Assembly (NCBI GenBank): GCA_040771865.1 | Contig: JAXGZF010000012.1 | Location: 1 to 64,000 of the forward strand | Length of the DNA: 64,000 nt | Source of the DNA: Desulfobacterales bacterium | GTDB lineage: Bacteria > Desulfobacterota > Desulfobacteria > Desulfobacterales > UBA2245 | Direction of reading: 5' to 3' | In this document: positions 58,429 through 64,000 of the stretch, one piece after another | Layout of the letters: each line of letters starts with the position of its first letter | How positions within the stretch are numbered: the stretch's first letter is position 1 | Position numbers and translations under genes: made by a program | The notes under the pieces: generated by a model | Database searches by the model: none | Told to the model about the DNA's origin: nothing | The model's input: only the letters and a program-made list of their open reading frames with translations

Positions 58429-61400
58429 CTAAACTGACCGTGACGGTCTGCCGGGCTGGATTTTTCCCTTGCAGCCCGGGCCGGATATCAGGCTTCTTCC
58501 TCCTGTTTGCGGTGTAACCTGGATGCGAGTGCCGATTCGCTCCCTGATGGCCGGTACGTGCGAAATGACACCGATTATCTTGCCATCCTGCTGCAGGCCC
58601 GCAAGCGTTTCGAGCGCCGTGTCCAATGCTTCCTCGTCCAGCGATCCAAAGCCTTCATCCAGGAACAGGGAATCGACCCGGACATTTTTGCTGGCCGTTT
58701 GAGACAGGCCAAGCGCCAGCGACAGGCTGACGATGAAGCTTTCGCCGCCGGAGAGATTCTGGGTGGACCGAACCTCTCCGGCCTGATAGTTGTCGATGAC
58801 ATTGAGTTCCAGAGGCTGAACATCGTCCCGGATCAGCAGGTAACGGTCGGTCATTTTCCGTAACTGCCGGTTGGCGTGGCCGACCATCATTTCAAAGGTC
58901 AACCCCTGAGCAAAGTTTCGGTATTTCTTCCCGTCGGCCGAACCAATGAGTTCATGGAGCAAATCCCATCGTGCGCTTTCCTTCTTTTGCGCTTCAATGG
59001 CCAAAGCCCGTTCCCGCTGCTTTTGTTTCAGATTCTCGTTGTCCTTGAGTTTCTGTCGAATGCCCCAGATCTCCTGCTGAAGCGCTTTCTGGTCGGCTGC
59101 CAGCAGCGTCAGCGCCTGATGGATTTCGTCCCGGGGTTGATCCGTAATCCGCCTCCGACGCTCGGCTTCCAGCAAGTTTATCTTGTCCTGTTCCCTGGAC
59201 GTCAGTTCGGTTTTCTCGTCGGCCAGCTTCTGGGCATGCTGCGCCAGGGTTTTACGCTCGTCCTCCGGCAGGCATGCGGCCCTAAAGTTTTCTTCGTCGG
59301 TAAACCCAGATTTTTTGATTCGCATCAGGAATGCTTCTTCAGCCGGCTTCAGCTGCGCGGACCGTTCAGTTATCGATTTGCCCAGCCCTTCGATTCTGAA
59401 TTTCAGCTGACCGAGTTTCTGTGCCGCCGTATTCAGTTTTTGGCGGGATGCTTCCAGATCGTTTTCAGCAGCCTCAACAGCTGTCGAAAGACGGAGTTCT
59501 TCATCATCAGGGTTTTTATCGCCGAATATTTCGCGCCGCTTTTGACTCAGGGCCTCTTGTTCGCGGAGCAGGTCATTGAACAGTTTGCGTTGTTTCATGA
59601 TCTCTTCGTTGGACTTATGAATCTGTTCAGCCTGATGGCGTGTCTGACTCTCCAGCGCGGTAATGGTGTGATCCAGTTCCGACTTTTTTTTCTGACGCGA
59701 AACCCACTGGTCACGGTGGTCTATCAGCCGGGCCTGAATCTGATCCAGAGTCTCGAACGTTACGGCTTGTACCCCATAAGCAGAAACATCCTGCCGCAAT
59801 ATTTCCAAGGACTTCTCCTGCTGTGACCGTAGCGACTCAACCTCCTTGCCGAGCCTTTCAATCAGCTGCCCGTTGAGATCCTTGTTGTGAAAAGCGGTCT
59901 GCGTCTCGCGTTCCGCCCGTGCAACCGTTTCTCTGGCTTTTTCCAGCGATTCGCGCAGTTTGATTGTTTCCTTTTCAGCGTTTTCGGCGGTTTGTACGAT
60001 TCGGGTTGCGTGATCCAGTTTTGCCGCATTTTCATTCCCAAGCCTTTCCAGTTTATCGTTCAGATTCGGATCGGCGGCATCAAGGGGGAGGTCGGAGCAG
60101 GCCCGGCGAATCAGGTCGTTCGATTCCGCAATTTTCTCGGAATGCTCCTTCTGGCTGGAATCGACTTGCTCAAGGTCTTTTTCCACTCTGGCCTGTTTAA
60201 CCTTCAATCCGGAAACAGCGTTATTCGCTGCTTTCAAGTCGGCTCTGACCCGGCCAAGCCGTTGCCGGGTTTCATCCGGAACCGGGATGTTGCCATCAGC
60301 GAACGGGTGTTCCTTGGCGCCGCACAGCGGGCAGGCTTCGCCATCCTGAAGCTGGCGTCTGGCTTCCTTGAAATCCTCGATTTTCTTCAGCAGGGATAGC
60401 TGTGTTTCCAGCAGGCCCATTTCCTTCTCCAGAGAAACCTGCTTCTCAACCTGAATTCGAAGTTGCGCGGTCAGGCTTGAATTTTCGGCAACAAGCGCTT
60501 CATGGCGTTTTCCCGTCTGATCAAGAACCTGCCTTGATTTTGCAAGGGACCGCGCCGCCTCGCGGACCTGGGCAAAAAGAGATTTCTGCGTTGTCAGAGA
60601 CAATACGCAATTGCGCCAGTCTGACAGTTCTCTGCCGTTCAGAATGCCCTTGATCTCCACCTGCTTTCGCGACAGTTTGCCTTGATCGTCGTCCAAGCCG
60701 CGTTTCAGGGCTTCCAGATTTTCAGACAGCTTTTTCCATGTCCGTGTGGATGCTGCCGACTGCTCCTCGGCCGCATCACGCTCCTTGAGCTTGCCGATCA
60801 GCTGTGCATGAAGGTTTTTCAGGGCTTCGACTTGACCCCGAATTCCTGCCAGGCGTTCGATCAGCCCTTCGTCGGCCTTTGTTTCTTCGAGCTGCTTTTG
60901 CAATGCTTCGAGGGCTTTTTGTCTGCCGTTCAGATCGGCGCAGTCTTTACCCTGTCTGGAGCGGAGTGCTTCAAAAGATTTTTCGTATTCGGAAATGGAA
61001 TTGAAAGCCTCCTGGACGCGCGCATTTTGTTCCCGGATTTTCAGATCCAGTTCTCTTGTCAGGCGGATGACCGGTACTGCTTCTTTTTGCTCGGACTTTC
61101 TTTGATCGAGCTGCCCGCCGGCTGTTTTCACGGCGCCGTTTGTCTCCTTTTCAACCGCTTCGAGAGCGGGAAATAATTTCAAGCAGTCGCCGAGATTCCC
61201 CTGGTCGGCCTCCTGCTCTCTCCGGAGCGACGTCAGTGCGGCGTATTCGCCAGCCAGTTCAAGTGCCTGAACGGCTTGCCTGAGTTTTTCCTGCTCGGGA
61301 GCGAACGCTTCTTGTCGGGCATATAGATCCTGCTTCTGGAGCTGAAGGAGCTTTAAGTCTTCTTCAAGACGGGAGATTCCGTCAATCCAGGAAAGCGCCT

Positions 61401-62130
61401 GGTTCTTCAGGACGATCTTCCGGCTCAGCTCTGTATCCTGTTCGGTTTTCTGCGCCAGGCTGATGTTGAGCAGTTGCTCATCTTCTGGGCTCAAAAGCTG
61501 TATGCCGGCGAGTTCGGACTGCAGCGCATCGAGCTTTTTTCGTTCCTCGGAACGGCGTTCATGAACGCGCATGGATATCCGGCTGTAAATCTCCGTCCCG
61601 GTGATTTGCTCCAGGATCGGCGCCCGTTCATCGGGACCAGCCTGCAGAAATACCGCAAAACTCCCCTGGGCAAGCAGCATGGAGCGGGTAAACCGATCAA
61701 AGTCCATGCCGGTGGCTGTTTCAATCTGCTCGGCAACGCCTCGAATTTTTGCCTCGAAAATTCGTCCGGAATCGGCATCGGCAATTTCATGCCTCGGCGC
61801 CTGCAGCTCTCCGTCGGGTTTTTTGCGCGCCCGGTGTTGACTCCAGTGGCATCGGAAACGGCCTGCCTGAGTTTCAAATGTCACCTCGGCATAGCACTCA
61901 CCGGTCTGGCGGGACATGAGCTCGTTCCCGCCTTTGTTGATCCTGCTGAGGCGGGGTGTGCGCCCATAGAGCGCCAGACAGATGGCATCAAGGATGGTGG
62001 TCTTGCCTGAACCGGTCGGACCGGTAATGGCAAAAATGCCGTCCGAGGCAAAGGCCGGGTGCGTAAGGTCAATCTCCCATTCGCCAACCAGTGAGTTCAG
62101 GTTTTTGAAACGTACCTGCAAAATCCGCAT
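58429..62130 (-). CDS. sbcC: SbcC/Rad50-like SMC ATPase
   Basis: Walker A 'GPTGSGKT', coiled coils, zinc hook 'CPLCG', signature 'LSGGE', Walker B 'LFLDEGFG'. Confidence 0.96.
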   Translation of the reverse strand: MRILQVRFKNLNSLVGEWEIDLTHPAFASDGIFAITGPTGSGKTTILDAICLALYGRTPRLSRINKGGNELMSRQTGECYAEVTFETQAGRFRCHWSQHRARKKPDGELQAPRHEIADADSGRIFEAKIRGVAEQIETATGMDFDRFTRSMLLAQGSFAVFLQAGPDERAPILEQITGTEIYSRISMRVHERRSEERKKLDALQSELAGIQLLSPEDEQLLNISLAQKTEQDTELSRKIVLKNQALSWIDGISRLEEDLKLLQLQKQDLYARQEAFAPEQEKLRQAVQALELAGEYAALTSLRREQEADQGNLGDCLKLFPALEAVEKETNGAVKTAGGQLDQRKSEQKEAVPVIRLTRELDLKIREQNARVQEAFNSISEYEKSFEALRSRQGKDCADLNGRQKALEALQKQLEETKADEGLIERLAGIRGQVEALKNLHAQLIGKLKERDAAEEQSAASTRTWKKLSENLEALKRGLDDDQGKLSRKQVEIKGILNGRELSDWRNCVLSLTTQKSLFAQVREAARSLAKSRQVLDQTGKRHEALVAENSSLTAQLRIQVEKQVSLEKEMGLLETQLSLLKKIEDFKEARRQLQDGEACPLCGAKEHPFADGNIPVPDETRQRLGRVRADLKAANNAVSGLKVKQARVEKDLEQVDSSQKEHSEKIAESNDLIRRACSDLPLDAADPNLNDKLERLGNENAAKLDHATRIVQTAENAEKETIKLRESLEKARETVARAERETQTAFHNKDLNGQLIERLGKEVESLRSQQEKSLEILRQDVSAYGVQAVTFETLDQIQARLIDHRDQWVSRQKKKSELDHTITALESQTRHQAEQIHKSNEEIMKQRKLFNDLLREQEALSQKRREIFGDKNPDDEELRLSTAVEAAENDLEASRQKLNTAAQKLGQLKFRIEGLGKSITERSAQLKPAEEAFLMRIKKSGFTDEENFRAACLPEDERKTLAQHAQKLADEKTELTSREQDKINLLEAERRRRITDQPRDEIHQALTLLAADQKALQQEIWGIRQKLKDNENLKQKQRERALAIEAQKKESARWDLLHELIGSADGKKYRNFAQGLTFEMMVGHANRQLRKMTDRYLLIRDDVQPLELNVIDNYQAGEVRSTQNLSGGESFIVSLSLALGLSQTASKNVRVDSLFLDEGFGSLDEEALDTALETLAGLQQDGKIIGVISHVPAIRERIGTRIQVTPQTGGRSLISGPGCKGKIQPGRPSRSV

Positions 62131-62141
62131 CAGCCGCCTCT

Positions 62142-63371
62142 CTATTCTGCCCGGGAATCGTCTTCATTGAGAGACATGACGACTTCCTGATGGGCGCGAA
62201 GCAAATCCGGCCTCTGAGCTTCCGGCACTTCGTGAACCGTCATGCAGCGCTCGAATACCTCGTTGACGTTCAGGTCATAGAGCGTTTCATTGTCGTGGAA
62301 CTGATTGAGAACCCGATCGATGATCCGGTTGTTCTTCACGCGCAGAATTTCCATTTCCGAGCCGGAAACGAGCGCATCCAGCCGTTCGCGTAAATCGCCG
62401 ATGACCTCATCGCCTTCGTAAACGACTTCGAGCCAGGCCTGAGAACCTGTGGCCGACAGTTCAAGAATTCTGGCCGACAGTATGTCCCAGTCGCCCTTGA
62501 CGCGCTCGATTTTTTGAAAAACGGGCGCCTTGACAAGCCGGACATCGGCTTCGGCGCCGGAAAAATCGACCAGACAGACGCTTTTTTCCTGCTTTGCTTC
62601 CCCAAATCCCATGGGCAGAGGGGAGCCACTGTAGCGCATCAGATCGGAATTATTGACTTTCTGCGGAACATGAAGATGGCCAAGGGCCAGATAATCCAGG
62701 CCGTCAGGGAAAATTCCGGCTGAGACATGGGCCAGGGAGCCGATATAGAGTTCCCGGACGCCGTCCCCATCGACGGTTTGTCCACCGCTGGTGAAAAGAT
62801 GCCCCATGGCGATGATGGGGACCTCGGCGCCCAGCTTCGCGCGCTTCTGCCCGGCCAGAGCGGCCGCCTCGGCATAGTGGCGGCGGATGCCTTCGATCAG
62901 CTTTCGCTCCTTGTCTTCTATTGTCTCACCGGCTTCAACCATCCGGATATCGCGGTCTCGAAGGTATGGGACGGCACAGACGATCAGTTCCGCGGAACCA
63001 TCGCTCGTTCTGAGGACAAGAACCTCGTCTTCCAGATTGTCGGAGACACTGCCGATCACGTGAACATTGAGCGCCTTGAGCAACTCCCTGGGCGCAGCGA
63101 GAAATGAAGGAGAATCGTGATTGCCCGCAATGACCACAACATGACGGCAGGGCGAGGCCGCGATGCGTGATAAGAACCGGTAATAAAGCTCCTGCGCAAG
63201 ATTGCTCGGGGAACTGGTGTCGAATATATCGCCCGCGACCAGCAGAGCATCGACCTTTTCCTGGTGAATTGTGTCTGCCAACCAGCTTAGAAAGGCCGCG
63301 AACTCCTTGTAACGCTTTCGGCCACACAGGGTCCGCCCAATATGCCAGTCAGATGTGTGAAGAATTTTCAT
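62142..63371 (-). CDS. sbcD: SbcD/Mre11-like nuclease
   Basis: 'LHTSDWHIG', 'AGDIFD', 'GNHDS', 'ALGHLH', 'YSGSP'. Confidence 0.96.
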   Translation of the reverse strand: MKILHTSDWHIGRTLCGRKRYKEFAAFLSWLADTIHQEKVDALLVAGDIFDTSSPSNLAQELYYRFLSRIAASPCRHVVVIAGNHDSPSFLAAPRELLKALNVHVIGSVSDNLEDEVLVLRTSDGSAELIVCAVPYLRDRDIRMVEAGETIEDKERKLIEGIRRHYAEAAALAGQKRAKLGAEVPIIAMGHLFTSGGQTVDGDGVRELYIGSLAHVSAGIFPDGLDYLALGHLHVPQKVNNSDLMRYSGSPLPMGFGEAKQEKSVCLVDFSGAEADVRLVKAPVFQKIERVKGDWDILSARILELSATGSQAWLEVVYEGDEVIGDLRERLDALVSGSEMEILRVKNNRIIDRVLNQFHDNETLYDLNVNEVFERCMTVHEVPEAQRPDLLRAHQEVVMSLNEDDSRAE

Positions 63372-63581
63372 TCGGAAAACAGATCCTTCATCGCAACTCC
63401 TTTTTTTTAACTTCGAAACACACGAAAAACACGAACCGTTTCATACGGCAAACGTCCTGGTAATAGAATCAAGCTGCGTCGTGTAAGTTGATTGCCAGTC
63501 GGTTGAGCGGAATCGGTTTGTTTTCAACTGTTCGAGGACTCGTGCATTGTTCGCGCCGAAACCCTGTTGACTCGGGTAAAA

Positions 63582-63628
63582 AGAAAACCCGTCGTTTCGA
63601 AGAATGATCTCGAAGAGACGGGTTTTCT
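63582..63628 (-). terminator. Hairpin, probable terminator for the upstream minus-strand gene
   Basis: AGAAAACCCGTC pairs with GACGGGTTTTCT, followed by a T-run on the minus strand. Confidence 0.65.
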
Positions 63629-63796
63629 GCTTTATTTTTGGGACGGTGCCCATCAATTTTGCACAGCAGGTTGCCTAATAATACAAACCATTTCGGGCGT
63701 CCGGCTGGAATAAAAAAATTCAGGCTTCTGTTGTCAGCAAGCGCGATACCGGATAAAAACTTCGTCAACCTTGCCGTTGTGCTCAATAACTTAGTA

Positions 63797-64000
63797 TTAC
63801 TTGGCCGTTTCCTTTGCCTCGCCTGCCGCTTCCTGGGCGGGAGCTACAGCTTCTTTGGCCACTTCAACGGCCTTCTCAACAGCTGCACCCGCGGCTTCCT
63901 GTGTGGCGGTCGCCGCTTCCTGGGTTACTTGCGCTGCCTTCTCAACAGCTGCGCCCGCTGCTTCCTGAGTGGCGGTCGCCGCTTCCTGAGTTGCTTCCGT
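63797..64000 (-). CDS. C-terminus of an Ala/Glu/Thr-rich repeat protein (truncated by the window; not in the ORF track)
   Basis: Minus-strand frame is open from 64000: TEATQEAATATQEAAGAAVEKAAQVTQEAATATQEAAGAAVEKAVEVAKEAVAPAQEAAGEAKETAK*. Confidence 0.75.
   Translation of the reverse strand, partial: TEATQEAATATQEAAGAAVEKAAQVTQEAATATQEAAGAAVEKAVEVAKEAVAPAQEAAGEAKETAK

Noticed and set aside
58429..63371. SMC ATPase plus nuclease as a Wadjet/Lamassu-type defence system
   Set aside because: Canonical sbcD-sbcC order, zinc hook and Mre11 motifs, with no jet or lmu partner genes.

Overview
Bacterial chromosomal window. Gene content (iorAB, cobA-hemD/hemC, selA, Sec-peroxiredoxin, CheD-HDOD) suggests an anaerobic Desulfobacterota-like organism; this is inference only. 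The accessory region at 1-11.4 kb is a surface locus: the 3' end of an acidic T1SS/S-layer-like protein, three SapC paralogues, two hypothetical genes, three GT2 glycosyltransferases and an epimerase. It is interrupted by an HUH/Y1 (RAYT-type) transposase and eight copies of a ~27-bp repeat, GGGGACGTTGTTGACWAAGTGAACTT. The repeats sit at or just after stop codons and bracket both the transposase and a DUF4160/DUF2442 toxin-antitoxin pair. They also bound two small inverted-repeat elements whose interiors are decayed copies of the transposase 3' end. This RAYT, mini-element and cargo system is the main candidate novelty. The rest (11.5-64 kb) is mostly housekeeping: MFS transporter, PilZ, tamAB, iorAB, moaA, KamA-family, tetrapyrrole genes, selA, pyrF, lysC, tsaE, ybeY, HD-phosphodiesterase, phoH, cvpA, mazG, hisHF, fba, ridA, lpoA-like, waaA, pfk, kdsD and sbcCD. 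It includes a selenocysteine peroxiredoxin that the ORF track splits at an in-frame TGA followed by a SECIS-like hairpin. No rRNA, tRNA or CRISPR array was recognised. All family assignments are by eye, with no database searches run.
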